DNA of 64,000 bases from Flavobacteriales bacterium (GTDB taxonomy: Bacteria; Bacteroidota; Bacteroidia; Flavobacteriales_D; Sanyastnellaceae): contig PKDZ01000015.1 in NCBI GenBank assembly GCA_002862785.1, positions 13,716 through 77,715 of the forward strand, in the 5' to 3' direction. Positions 10,275 through 19,746 of this stretch are shown here, piece after piece. How positions within the stretch are numbered: position 1 is the first letter of the stretch; the number at the start of each line of letters is the position of its first letter. A program made the translations under genes and the position numbers. The notes beneath the pieces were generated by a model. It worked only from the letters and a program-made list of their open reading frames with translations. It did not search any database and was not told the DNA's origin.

Positions 10275-11173
10275 AGCCCATGCCGTTCCTTTTCCGGCGA
10301 CCTCTCGCCCTGGTTTTATTCTTGTCCTGGATGGGTTTGGATGCCCGTGCCCAGCAATTGCCGGTCACGACTTTGCCGCTGGACCACCCGTTCGACGCCC
10401 ACCCCGGAGCGGCGGCCGACACAGCCATCCACGTGAGCATTTGGCAGCGCAGCCCTTGGACCGGCGTGGCTTCAGCGCCGCGCACGACCGCCTTGGCGCT
10501 GACCTCCCCCACGGGGTCCAGTTCCATCGGTTGGGGTGCCCGGGTGTGGAGCGATGTCGCCGGACCGACCCGCATGGCCGGCGCCCACGCGGGCCTCGCT
10601 TACACGACCAGGTGGACGAAATCCCTTCGGTTGTCCTTCGGCCTGGGCCTGGGGTTCACGCAATTCGCCATCGACGGCAACCGCATCGAGTTCGAACAGG
10701 AAGGCGACCCCGCTCTGGGCGACACCTACCAGAGCGTCGGCGTGCCGGACGCTACGGCCGGAATCTGGATCACCGGCAAGGGGCTCAAAGCCGGCTTCTC
10801 TGCGGGTCAGGTCCTCGGCGGCAACCTGCCCGTCTACGATGGCACCGGCGTCGAGTCCCGACTCGAATCACACCTCCGGGGAATGGTGGCCTACCGCTTC
10901 ACGTCCGGGATATTCGGGTGGACCCCGATTGTCCAATTCCAGCATCTCCGGCCCGTGCCGGCGGAGACGTCCCTCGCCCTCAGAGTGGACCGCAATCAAG
11001 AGCACTGGTTGATGGCGGGGTACCGATCGGCGGGTGCGGCGCATTTCGGAGCGGGAATCCGGATCAACAACCAGCTGACCTTCAGCTACAACCGCAATTG
11101 GGCCATGGGCACCTTGGCCCGCGTTCTGGGCGGCGGTCACGAGGTCGTGCTCGCATTCACGGTGCCGCGTTGA
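10271..11173 (+). CDS. Type IX secretion system membrane protein, PorP/SprF family (divergent paralogue)
   Basis: Signal peptide MKPMPFLFRRPLALVLFLSWMGLDARAQQ. Same length class and beta-barrel-like pattern as 4154-5107. The ATG overlaps the adhesin stop (ATGA at 10271-10274). Confidence 0.75.
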   Translation: MKPMPFLFRRPLALVLFLSWMGLDARAQQLPVTTLPLDHPFDAHPGAAADTAIHVSIWQRSPWTGVASAPRTTALALTSPTGSSSIGWGARVWSDVAGPTRMAGAHAGLAYTTRWTKSLRLSFGLGLGFTQFAIDGNRIEFEQEGDPALGDTYQSVGVPDATAGIWITGKGLKAGFSAGQVLGGNLPVYDGTGVESRLESHLRGMVAYRFTSGIFGWTPIVQFQHLRPVPAETSLALRVDRNQEHWLMAGYRSAGAAHFGAGIRINNQLTFSYNRNWAMGTLARVLGGGHEVVLAFTVPR

Positions 11174-11247
11174 TGACGCCGCAATCGGCCCGCCGAGGGT
11201 GGCGGGTGCGCCGGTAGCTTCGGACTGGAAACTGCAAAGGCCGTAAG

Positions 11248-12099
11248 ATGGCGGGATTCAAGAATTTGGAAGATTTGGTCGGGGACTTGGGCGAGGGTCT
11301 CATCAAACTGCGCGCCGGTGAGCTCGAGCCAGAGGAGTTGACTCCCCTTGTGGAGGATGCCCGAGAGCTGTGTGACCGCCTCGTCCTGCTGCGCTTTAAG
11401 GCCCATGAGTTTGCCTACGAGGTGCGGAAGAAGGCCCCTGAGGGAGGAGTGGATGAGCAGGCCGTGGACCGGCAACCCGTGCGGCCCTTCCGCATCGGAG
11501 CCGCCTACCAAACCTCGCTGATCGACGCCATCGAGGAGGTCAGCCGGGAGCAAGCCGAACAAGCCGCCGAGGCCCGACGCAATGCGGGAACCCCGGACCT
11601 CTTCGATGTCATCGATCCCGTCGACATCCCGCAACCAGATCCGGAACCGGAAGAGCCTGAGGCGGTGCCCGCTGCGCAGCCGCCCGTTGAGTCTCCGGAA
11701 CCTGAGCAGGAGGAGCAGACTGAAGCCGAGACGGTGGTGGAGATTGTCCAACCCGAGCCCGAGCCCGAGCCCGAGCCCGAACCCGAGCGGGCCGCGCCGT
11801 TGTTGGAGGCCCTCGAGGAGGATACGGCGGCCCCGAGCCTGGCCGAGCAGATGGAACAGCAATCCATCGGAGACCTGCGCACTGCCTTCAGCTTGGTCGA
11901 GAAGTACGAGTGCATCAAGGTGTTGTTCCAGGATGATGCCATGCTCTTCGACAAGGTGCTCGAGGCGCTCGATGGAGCGGGGGATGTGCAATTGGCCCTG
12001 CATTGGCTCCACCAACATGTCCCGGAGTCCAAGACGTGGGACGAGGAGGACCCGACCGTGGCCCGGTTCCTCGACAAGCTTCAACGCCGTTACGCCTGA
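11248..12099 (+). CDS. Hypothetical acidic protein with a Pro/Glu-rich low-complexity linker
   Basis: 283-aa ORF with globular-looking N- and C-terminal parts flanking a (PE)n/acidic linker. Its stop overlaps the rsmI start (TGATG at 12097-12101). I preferred it to the mirror ORF on the minus strand. Confidence 0.55.
   Translation: MAGFKNLEDLVGDLGEGLIKLRAGELEPEELTPLVEDARELCDRLVLLRFKAHEFAYEVRKKAPEGGVDEQAVDRQPVRPFRIGAAYQTSLIDAIEEVSREQAEQAAEARRNAGTPDLFDVIDPVDIPQPDPEPEEPEAVPAAQPPVESPEPEQEEQTEAETVVEIVQPEPEPEPEPEPERAAPLLEALEEDTAAPSLAEQMEQQSIGDLRTAFSLVEKYECIKVLFQDDAMLFDKVLEALDGAGDVQLALHWLHQHVPESKTWDEEDPTVARFLDKLQRRYA
11752..11787 (+). repeat. In-frame hexanucleotide tandem repeat (CCCGAG) x6 (fifth unit is CCCGAA), encoding (Pro-Glu)6
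   Basis: Read directly: cccgag cccgag cccgag cccgag cccgaa cccgag, in phase with the 11248 reading frame. Confidence 0.9.
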
Positions 12100-12767
12100 T
12101 GCTGACGGTCGTTCCGACCCCCATCGGCAACCTCGGGGACTTCACACCGCGGGCCAAGGAGGCCATTGAAGCAGCTGATTTCGTTTTGGCGGAAGACACC
12201 CGCACCACCGGGTCCCTGTTGCGCCTGAACGGCTTGGAGGCGCGCCTGAGGGCCTTTCACGCCCACAACGAGCACAAAGTGGTGGATGGTGTGGTGGCGG
12301 ACCTGGTGGCGGGAGCGTCGGCCTGCCTGTGTAGCGATGCCGGAACCCCCGCCATCAGCGACCCTGGATTCCTGTTGGTGCGCGCCTGCATTGAAGCGGG
12401 GGTTGAGGTCCAATGCCTCCCCGGCGCTACAGCCTTCGTTCCTGCGCTCGTTGTGAGCGGATTGCCATGTGAGCGTTTCGTCTACGAAGGGTTTCTGCCG
12501 CACAAGAAGGGCCGGCAGACGCGGCTGAAGGCCCTCGCCGCTGAGACCCGGACCACGGTGCTCTATGAGTCACCGCATCGGATCGTCAAATTGCTCGGGG
12601 AGCTTATTGAGCACTGCGGGCCGGACCGCCGTGCCAGCGTGAGCCGCGAACTGTCCAAGAAGTTCGAGGAGACTCGGCGGGACACGGTGGAGGCGTTGCA
12701 CGCCCACTTCGAGGCCCACCCACCCAAGGGGGAATTTGTGGTCGTTGTGGCCGGAGCCGAGGGGTGA
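12099..12767 (+). CDS. rsmI: 16S rRNA (cytidine1402-2'-O)-methyltransferase
   Basis: Starts MLTVVPTPIGNLGDFTPRAKEAIEAADFVLAEDTR and contains DAGTPAISDPG, the tetrapyrrole-methylase-fold RsmI signature. Confidence 0.9.
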   Translation: MLTVVPTPIGNLGDFTPRAKEAIEAADFVLAEDTRTTGSLLRLNGLEARLRAFHAHNEHKVVDGVVADLVAGASACLCSDAGTPAISDPGFLLVRACIEAGVEVQCLPGATAFVPALVVSGLPCERFVYEGFLPHKKGRQTRLKALAAETRTTVLYESPHRIVKLLGELIEHCGPDRRASVSRELSKKFEETRRDTVEALHAHFEAHPPKGEFVVVVAGAEG

Positions 12768-12776
12768 TCCCGGCGC

Positions 12777-14129
12777 TCAGAACAAGACCTTCTGCAGCTC
12801 GCCCACGCGGCTGACTTTGACGAGGGTGAGGCCTTTCGGCGGCTCGGGCTCGTTCTGGCCCAGACCGCTCACGACGAGCCGTTCCATGCCCATCTTGGCG
12901 GCTTCGGCCATGCGCTGTTCGAGACGGGCCACGGGCCGGACTTCACCGGTCAGGCCAACTTCACCACACATCGCCGTGCGGGGGTCGAGGGTGAGATCGA
13001 GGGTGCTGCTGAGGATGGCGCCCACCACAGCCAAGTCGACCCCCGGGTCTTCGAGGCGGATGCCGCCGGCCAGATTCAGAAAGACGTCGGAGGCCCCCAA
13101 CTTGAAGCCGCAGCGCTTCTCGAGCACGGCGAGGAGCATGTTCAGTCGGCGCAGGTTGTAGCCGGTGGCGGACCGCTGAGGAGTGCCGTAGACGGCGCTG
13201 CTGACGAGGGCCTGGATTTCGACTGTGAGGGGCCGAGCGCCCTCGATGGCCACGGCCAGGGCGGTGCCGCTGAGGCGGGCCTCGCCATTTCCCACAAGGG
13301 CGCCAGACGGGTCGTTGACCGGGTGCAGGCCGTCACCGCGCATCTCAAAGATCCCAATCTCCTGGGTGGAACCGAAGCGGTTCTTCACCGCGCGCAGAAT
13401 GCGGTAGGCGTGGTGTCGGTCGCCCTCGAAGGTGAGGACCACGTCGACCATATGTTCGAGGACCTTGGGGCCGGCGATGGCCCCCTCCTTGGTGATGTGA
13501 CCGATGAGCACGACCGGAAGCTGGAGGGGCTTGGCGGCCAGAATCAGTTCGGCCGTGGATTCCCGGATCTGGGCGACGGAACCGGGTGCACTCTCGACCC
13601 GTGGCGTATGCAGGGTCTGAATGGAATCGACAAAAAGCAGGTCGGGCTTGTGCTCCTTGACCGCCTTGACGATGCCTTCCGTGGAGGTCTCGGGCAACAC
13701 GAGCAGTTCGGAACCGAGGGTGCCGAGGCGATCGGCCCGGAGTCGAACCTGCTCGGGGCTTTCCTCTCCGGACACATAGAGCACCTTGCCGGCCGCCTTC
13801 ATGGCGGTCTGCAGGCTCAGCGTGGACTTTCCGATGCCGGGCTCACCACCGAGAAGAACGAGGGCGCCGGGCACGAGGCCACCACCCAGGACGCGGTCGA
13901 ATTCACCTTCTCCGGTCCCGACACGGGCCGAGGTTTGTTCTGTATAGTCGCGCAAAGGCCTCGCTTCGGCCATGCCGGCCGCGACGGCTGCCCGCTCCAT
14001 CCGTGGGTTGGCGGACTCTTTGAATTCGGTGACGGTGTTCCACGCCTTGCAGCTAGGACATTGGCCCACCCACTGGCCGGTCACATGCCCGCAATCACTG
14101 CAAACAAAGCGCGTGCGGGTCTTGGCCAC
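12777..14129 (-). CDS. radA: DNA repair protein RadA/Sms
   Basis: N-terminal zinc finger FVCSDCGHVTGQWVGQCPSCKAWNT, Walker A GEPGIGKST, KNRFG motif and a Lon-like C-terminal domain. Confidence 0.95.
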   Translation of the reverse strand: MAKTRTRFVCSDCGHVTGQWVGQCPSCKAWNTVTEFKESANPRMERAAVAAGMAEARPLRDYTEQTSARVGTGEGEFDRVLGGGLVPGALVLLGGEPGIGKSTLSLQTAMKAAGKVLYVSGEESPEQVRLRADRLGTLGSELLVLPETSTEGIVKAVKEHKPDLLFVDSIQTLHTPRVESAPGSVAQIRESTAELILAAKPLQLPVVLIGHITKEGAIAGPKVLEHMVDVVLTFEGDRHHAYRILRAVKNRFGSTQEIGIFEMRGDGLHPVNDPSGALVGNGEARLSGTALAVAIEGARPLTVEIQALVSSAVYGTPQRSATGYNLRRLNMLLAVLEKRCGFKLGASDVFLNLAGGIRLEDPGVDLAVVGAILSSTLDLTLDPRTAMCGEVGLTGEVRPVARLEQRMAEAAKMGMERLVVSGLGQNEPEPPKGLTLVKVSRVGELQKVLF

Positions 14130-14138
14130 CGTTTCGGA

Positions 14139-17100
14139 TCAGCGGAGAATCATGACGGCACCACTGAAGTCCCGGCCGTTGGGCAGGGTCAGCATGTAGT
14201 AGTGGGTGCCGGGGGAAACGTCCCTCGCGGTCCACAGGTTGTCATAGTTCTCGGAATAGAAGACCTGGTTGCCCCAGCGGTCGTAGACGGCGAGAATGGC
14301 GCCGTCGTACTTGAGCAATCCCTGGATTTCAAAGGTGTCGTTTTTGCCGATGGAGCCTTCCGCGGTTCCTGGGGTGAAGATGTTCGGGATGGTGATGTCG
14401 CAATTGCTCCATTCCACCACCCACTCGTACCCGAGGCCTCCCGTGGTGCAGGGGTTGTATCCCGTGCCCGTGAGGATGAGCGGGTTGTTGTAATAGGCCG
14501 AATCAAGGAGATTGTCAAACATCGCCGACGTGAAGGTGACTTCGTCGGTGTTGAGGCCGGGAATCAGCACGGCGGTGCCGGAGGCGCTCTGTTGCTCGAT
14601 GGTCCAATTCCAGGTCACAGCGTTGTTGGCCACGAGTTCAAAGGTCTCGGGGATCTCCGGGCAGAGGAAGAGGGGGCCTTCCGAGGCCACCTGGTTCGGG
14701 CTGGATGGCCCGAGGTTGACGGGGTATCCCATCCACACATAGGTGCTGTCCTCCGTATTGCTGCAACCGAGGGGGTCCTCGAAGGTGGCGTTCACCCAGG
14801 TTTCGTGGTGCGGGTTGTAAGTGGCCGTGAAGGTGTTGCCGACACTGCCATCTTCCCACGTCACGGTCCAATCGTTTCCGGTGAGGGGGTCGATGGTGAG
14901 CTGGGTCTCTCCATCACAACCGAGCGAGTACTGGGGCAGCGGATTCGGGACGGGCTCGAAGATGAGCACTTCGAGGCAGTCTTCGGCCGTGCCGCATTCG
15001 TTGGTGGCTTCCAGGCAGTAGTCACCGGCTTCGTCCGCCGCCAGCGTGAAGTCATCGGCACCGGGGATGTCGATGTTCTGGAAGGACCATTGAACGTCGA
15101 GGTCGTCGGAGGGGTCGAGTCCACCGTCGAGGATGACCTCGGTGCCCTCTTCGCAGATGATGATGTCCTCCCCAAGTTGCGGGTCACCCTGCTCAGCAGT
15201 CACAATGGTGAAGGGGAGCTCAACCGTACCGCAAAGGTTGTTGAGGGTCACGGAGAGATCATACTCTCCAAATCCATCGAACTCGTATTCGGCGAACAGG
15301 CCGGAGACGCTGTTGGCCTCGGGCCACTCGATTGGGTCGAGGGTGCCTTGGAAAGTGGTGTCCACCGCGAAGTTGGCGCTTTCTCCGTCGCACAACAGGT
15401 AGGAGCCGTCGGCTTGAAGGTTACCGGAAGGACCCACCAGGGTTCCGGACGGGGTTGTGCTGGTCTCCATCGGGTAGCACGCGCTGTAGCCACAGTTGTC
15501 ATCCGTGAAGCAGATTTCGTAGTAACCGAGACCGCTCGTCGGGGTGAAGAAGGTGTTGAACTCGGTGGGATCCGAGAAGAAACCGGAGCCCTCGCTCACG
15601 CTCCACGCTCCGCCCACGGGGTCCACGGCGCATTCAGCGGTGGCCGAGTAGACGAGGCCGCCGGCTGCGGGAAGGTCATCGATGGGCATCGGGTTGGTGG
15701 TTGTGCAGTTGTATACGGTGAAGCCGAAGTCGTCCACAGGAGCGTTGGGCCCGGTCACAAGGACGATTTCCACGAGGTCTCCGAGGCTCACCTCGATGTC
15801 GGTGTGTGCCGTGAAGACATCAAATGATGTCAGGACGTAGTTGCTCTCGTTGCCGTCGGCATCGCTTACGGTCACTTCGAGGAAGTTGTCGCCGCCCCAG
15901 CCGAAGGGGTCGGAGGACGTCATGTAGACCAAAAGCGGTCCGGCGTCCGGTGTGGTGTAGCCCCCTTCGAATTGGACGGAGTACAGGCTGTCGCACACCG
16001 GTGGAATCGTGATGTCCGGGATCACTTGGGTCACCTGCTCGATGTTGAAGACGCGCTGGCCCTGGCACCCGTCAGAGTTGGTCACGAGGATGCGATAGGA
16101 ACCGGGGGTGGCCCCGATGGCGGTGTCGCCCAGCTCGGTCTGCGGGATGACGATTTCACCGCCGGCACCGTTCCAGTTGCCGTCCCATTCGTACTCGATG
16201 AAGGCGTCCATGTCCTCGTCGCAGACGGAGACGATGGCGGTGTCATCCCCACAAATCGGGTTGGGCTCGATGCAAACGTCGGGCAAGAAGTAGAGGCTCT
16301 GGTAGATGAAGAAGTCCTCCGAGGCGGAGCAACCCTCGTCAATGGAGGCGGTGACGTTGAACGTGCCGCCGAAGGGGTACGTGCATTCTGGACCGGTGCA
16401 CCCCAGAGACCATTCGTAGCTATCGAAGTCGTCGTTGCAGGTGATGGTCGTCTCCTGGCCGGAGCAGATGCTGAAGTCACCGTCCACGGTCAAAGTGGGC
16501 AGCTCCACGTTGATTACCTCCACCACATAACTGAGGACGGTCTGCCCCACGGGGGTGCCATCGTCCGTGGCGGTGATTTGAAGATCATAGGTGCCCACAC
16601 TCTCAGGGGAGCCAGCTAGATACGCATCGAGATAGGTGATGCCGTCCTCGACATAGGTCCCGTTGTTGGTCACGGCCGGGACGTCGGACAGTTCGATGCT
16701 GACAGTCTGCCCATCCTCCGGAGAAAGGAAGCCGAGGTCGAGGTCAAGGGTGTCGTTCAGGCAGACGTACAGCGTGTCGTCACATCCGCTTCCCGGGGTC
16801 TCCGTGGGGATGGGCGCCTGATTGGGGTCCACACCGGACACGTTGATGCAGAAGTCCTTGCCGTTGAGCCAGAAGCAGCCGTCCTGCTCATCGGGACCAG
16901 CGCCATACGGGCCGTTGTACGAGTCGTCCTGGAAGTTGAACCGGCCAAATTGGACGAAGTTGTCGCTGTTGTTCTGAACGTCGACCCCCACCGTGGCTGG
17001 GTTGGGTCCGCAGCAACCACCCTGTCCGCCGACATCGCCGTGGGCCCACTGCATGTCCTGGTAGCACAACTGGATGTTGTTGCCCCCACCGATGGACACC

Positions 17101-17783
17101 GAACCGTCTTCGGCAAAGACAATCTGGAAGCTGACGATGCGGTCGTCATGGTTGTTGTAGTAGCCGGCATCCACCCAGTTGACGTAGACGGCAGTCGGCG
17201 TAATGCGATAAAAGATGTCACCGGTCAGGCGGTAGTCCGCGTCGCTCCAGTATCCGGCGATGATGTTGTAGTTGGCGTCGGGCAGTTCCTCTGGGGTCCA
17301 ATCAATGATGGGCTCGGTGAAGGAGATTAGGCCTTTGGAGTTGATGTAAAATTCATTGTACTCCTGGCCGAAGAGGTTGAACGTGAAAGGCAGGGCGAGT
17401 GGTCCGTGCGCGTAATCCACATCGATGCCGGCACCCCCAGTGAACTGCTGCATGTCCGGCGTGATCTCGGTGTAGGTTTCATCCGGCTCAACCCAGCAAT
17501 CACATTCTCCGGCGCGGCTCATGCGCTGTTGCTTCCGAACGGCCTTGCGCTCGAGGTATTCGGGTGTGCTCTGGTGGCGCTCGATGACATCGATGACATC
17601 CTGCTGGTTGTAGCCCTCCCAGTTGCGGTAGGCCCCCCACTCATCCCGGTCCATCATCATGACGGCGTATTCGAAGCCGCCGTATTTGCTGTACAGCGCG
17701 GCGATGTCTTCGGGCAGGGCATCCTGTGCCATCACGGTGGCGGACAGGCTGAGAAGGAGGAAGGAGACGAGGTTGACTCTCAT
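14139..17783 (-). CDS. Large secreted protein: NIDO-like N-terminal domain, Cys-rich Ig-like repeats, T9SS type B C-terminal sorting domain
   Basis: Signal peptide [20 protein letters not shown] from ATG 17783. NIDO-like block: [25 protein letters not shown]...[10 protein letters not shown]...[11 protein letters not shown]...CYQDMQW. C-terminus: [22 protein letters not shown]...[12 protein letters not shown]...GTHYYMLTL. Confidence 0.85.
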   Translation of the reverse strand: MRVNLVSFLLLSLSATVMAQDALPEDIAALYSKYGGFEYAVMMMDRDEWGAYRNWEGYNQQDVIDVIERHQSTPEYLERKAVRKQQRMSRAGECDCWVEPDETYTEITPDMQQFTGGAGIDVDYAHGPLALPFTFNLFGQEYNEFYINSKGLISFTEPIIDWTPEELPDANYNIIAGYWSDADYRLTGDIFYRITPTAVYVNWVDAGYYNNHDDRIVSFQIVFAEDGSVSIGGGNNIQLCYQDMQWAHGDVGGQGGCCGPNPATVGVDVQNNSDNFVQFGRFNFQDDSYNGPYGAGPDEQDGCFWLNGKDFCINVSGVDPNQAPIPTETPGSGCDDTLYVCLNDTLDLDLGFLSPEDGQTVSIELSDVPAVTNNGTYVEDGITYLDAYLAGSPESVGTYDLQITATDDGTPVGQTVLSYVVEVINVELPTLTVDGDFSICSGQETTITCNDDFDSYEWSLGCTGPECTYPFGGTFNVTASIDEGCSASEDFFIYQSLYFLPDVCIEPNPICGDDTAIVSVCDEDMDAFIEYEWDGNWNGAGGEIVIPQTELGDTAIGATPGSYRILVTNSDGCQGQRVFNIEQVTQVIPDITIPPVCDSLYSVQFEGGYTTPDAGPLLVYMTSSDPFGWGGDNFLEVTVSDADGNESNYVLTSFDVFTAHTDIEVSLGDLVEIVLVTGPNAPVDDFGFTVYNCTTTNPMPIDDLPAAGGLVYSATAECAVDPVGGAWSVSEGSGFFSDPTEFNTFFTPTSGLGYYEICFTDDNCGYSACYPMETSTTPSGTLVGPSGNLQADGSYLLCDGESANFAVDTTFQGTLDPIEWPEANSVSGLFAEYEFDGFGEYDLSVTLNNLCGTVELPFTIVTAEQGDPQLGEDIIICEEGTEVILDGGLDPSDDLDVQWSFQNIDIPGADDFTLAADEAGDYCLEATNECGTAEDCLEVLIFEPVPNPLPQYSLGCDGETQLTIDPLTGNDWTVTWEDGSVGNTFTATYNPHHETWVNATFEDPLGCSNTEDSTYVWMGYPVNLGPSSPNQVASEGPLFLCPEIPETFELVANNAVTWNWTIEQQSASGTAVLIPGLNTDEVTFTSAMFDNLLDSAYYNNPLILTGTGYNPCTTGGLGYEWVVEWSNCDITIPNIFTPGTAEGSIGKNDTFEIQGLLKYDGAILAVYDRWGNQVFYSENYDNLWTARDVSPGTHYYMLTLPNGRDFSGAVMILR

Positions 17784-17932
17784 GGGTGTTGGTTCTCGCG
17801 GGGGCGCAATATACCGCAAGGAGCGCCCACGTGAGCACGTAGGCTGGTCCCATGGGAAAGCCCGGGGGTGTAACACAAATAAAACTCTCAATGAGGGCCA
17901 CCGGTTGCACTTCGGAAGGGCTCGGTGCGCCG

Positions 17933-17940
17933 TACTTTTG
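17933..17940 (+). promoter_or_regulatory. Candidate Bacteroidota -7 promoter element (TACTTTTG) upstream of lepA
   Basis: Exact match to the TAnnTTTG consensus, 10 nt upstream of the lepA ATG at 17950. This would imply a very short leader. Confidence 0.35.
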
Positions 17941-17949
17941 TCCTTGCCC

Positions 17950-19737
17950 ATGAAGAACATCCGGAACTTCTGCATCATCGCCCACATCGACCACGGCAAG
18001 AGCACGTTGGCCGACCGCCTGTTGCAGGTGACCGGGACGGTAACCGATCGCCAGCTGCAGGAGCAGACCCTGGACGACATGGACCTCGAGCGCGAGCGCG
18101 GCATCACCATCAAGAGCCACGCCATCCAGATGCGCCACAGTCAAGGGGGGCAGGAGTACGTCCTCAACCTCATCGACACCCCAGGGCACGTGGACTTCAG
18201 CTACGAGGTGAGCCGGTCCATCGCGGCCTGCGAGGGCGCCCTCCTCATCGTGGACGCCACCCAAGGCATCGAGGCGCAGACCATCTCCAACCTCTACCTT
18301 GCCATCGAGCACGACCTGGAGATCATTCCCGTCCTGAACAAGATGGACTTGCCGAGCGCCGACCCCGAGGCGGTGACGGACCAAATCGTGGACCTCATCG
18401 GATGTGACCCGGACGACGTGCTGCCCGCCAGCGGCAAGACGGGGCTCGGCGTCGACAAGATTCTCGAAGCCATCGTGGAACGGGTCCCGGCCCCGAAGGG
18501 CGAGGCGGAGGCTCCGTTGCAGGCCATGGTCTTCGACAGCGTCTTCAACTCCTTCCGCGGCATCATCGCCTATTACCGGGTGTTGAATGGAGAAATCAAG
18601 AAGGGGGACCGCGTGCGCTTCTTCAACACCGAGCGCGAATACAACGCCGACGAGATCGGCGTGCTTGGCCTCGACCTGCAACCGCAGGATGTGGTGGGCA
18701 CCGGCAACGTGGGCTACATCATCTCCGGCATCAAGAACGCCAAGGAGGTCAAGGTCGGGGACACGCTGACCCTCGCTGCCTCTCCCTGCGAGGAGGCCGT
18801 GAAAGGTTTCGAGGATGTCAAGCCCATGGTCTTTGCGGGCATCTACCCGGTCGACACGGAGGACTACGAGGAGCTCCGCTACAGCATGGAGAAGCTCCAG
18901 CTCAACGATGCCTCCTTGGTCTTTGAGCCGGAGAGTTCGGCGGCTTTGGGATTCGGCTTCCGTTGCGGCTTCCTCGGCATGCTTCACATGGAGATCGTGC
19001 AGGAGCGGCTGGAGCGGGAGTTTGACATGACGGTCATCACGACCGTGCCCAACGTGAGCTACATCTGCCATCCCAAGAAGGGTGACCCCATCGTCATCAA
19101 CAACCCCTCTGAGCTGCCCGACCCCGGCAAACTCGATCATGTGGAGGAGCCATTCATCAAGGCGCAGGTGATCACCAAGGCGGAATATGTCGGCGCCATC
19201 ATGACCCTTTGCATCAACAAGCGGGGCGTGCTCCAGAACCAGGTGTATCTGACCTCCGACCGCGTGGAGCTCACGTTCAACATGCCGCTCGGCGAAATCG
19301 TGTTCGACTTCTACGACAAGCTCAAGAGCGTGTCGCGCGGCTACGCCTCCTTCGATTACTTCCCGGACCAGTACCACCCGTCCCAGCTCGTCAAGCTAGA
19401 CATCCTGATCAACGGCGACCAGGTGGACGCCCTCTCTGCGTTGGTCCATCGGTCCAATGCGTTCGAGCTCGGCAAGAAGATCTGTGCCAAGCTCAAGGAA
19501 CTGATTCCGCGTCAGCAATTCATGATTGCCCTCCAGGCCGCCATCGGGGCCAAGATCATCGCCCGCGAGACCATCAAACCGGTCCGGAAGGATGTGACGG
19601 CGAAGTGCTACGGCGGTGACATCACGCGGAAGCGGAAGCTGCTCGAGAAGCAGAAAAAAGGCAAGAAGCGCATGCGCCAGGTCGGCTCCGTTGAGGTGCC
19701 GCAGGAGGCGTTCCTCGCCGTCCTCAAGCTCGACTGA
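17950..19737 (+). CDS. lepA: Elongation factor 4 (translational GTPase LepA)
   Basis: Starts [25 protein letters not shown], with DTPGHVDF and NKMD G-motifs and the characteristic LepA C-terminus ...[27 protein letters not shown]. Confidence 0.95.
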   Translation: MKNIRNFCIIAHIDHGKSTLADRLLQVTGTVTDRQLQEQTLDDMDLERERGITIKSHAIQMRHSQGGQEYVLNLIDTPGHVDFSYEVSRSIAACEGALLIVDATQGIEAQTISNLYLAIEHDLEIIPVLNKMDLPSADPEAVTDQIVDLIGCDPDDVLPASGKTGLGVDKILEAIVERVPAPKGEAEAPLQAMVFDSVFNSFRGIIAYYRVLNGEIKKGDRVRFFNTEREYNADEIGVLGLDLQPQDVVGTGNVGYIISGIKNAKEVKVGDTLTLAASPCEEAVKGFEDVKPMVFAGIYPVDTEDYEELRYSMEKLQLNDASLVFEPESSAALGFGFRCGFLGMLHMEIVQERLEREFDMTVITTVPNVSYICHPKKGDPIVINNPSELPDPGKLDHVEEPFIKAQVITKAEYVGAIMTLCINKRGVLQNQVYLTSDRVELTFNMPLGEIVFDFYDKLKSVSRGYASFDYFPDQYHPSQLVKLDILINGDQVDALSALVHRSNAFELGKKICAKLKELIPRQQFMIALQAAIGAKIIARETIKPVRKDVTAKCYGGDITRKRKLLEKQKKGKKRMRQVGSVEVPQEAFLAVLKLD

Positions 19738-19746
19738 TTTCGTCGC

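Noticed and set aside
11137-12084. A 315-aa minus-strand ORF containing GLGLGLGLGL, mirroring the acidic protein gene.
   Set aside because: - The Gly-Leu run is just the reverse complement of the (CCCGAG)n repeat.
- The plus-strand ORF has protein-like terminal domains, fits the co-directional block and overlaps the rsmI start.
- This is a judgement call, not proof.
13323-15827. Very long ORFs antisense to well-supported genes. This one is 834 aa. Others include 17641-19377, 30683-32962, 33897-36089, 41935-43467, 49372-50856, 50871-52175, 52231-53700, 28274-29674 and 47061-48764.
   Set aside because: - Each lies opposite a gene with unmistakable family motifs (radA, the adhesin, lepA, pepP, rnr, and so on).
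- Their translations are Gly/Arg/Ala/Val/Asp-rich with no recognisable motifs.
- Long stop-free antisense frames are expected in GC-rich DNA.
17784-17949. The 166-nt divergent intergenic region between the NIDO cargo and lepA as a possible small RNA or riboswitch.
   Set aside because: It contains only a short hairpin (ggcgc...gcgcc), an AT-rich patch and promoter-like motifs. I recognised no conserved riboswitch architecture, so it is most simply a bidirectional promoter region.
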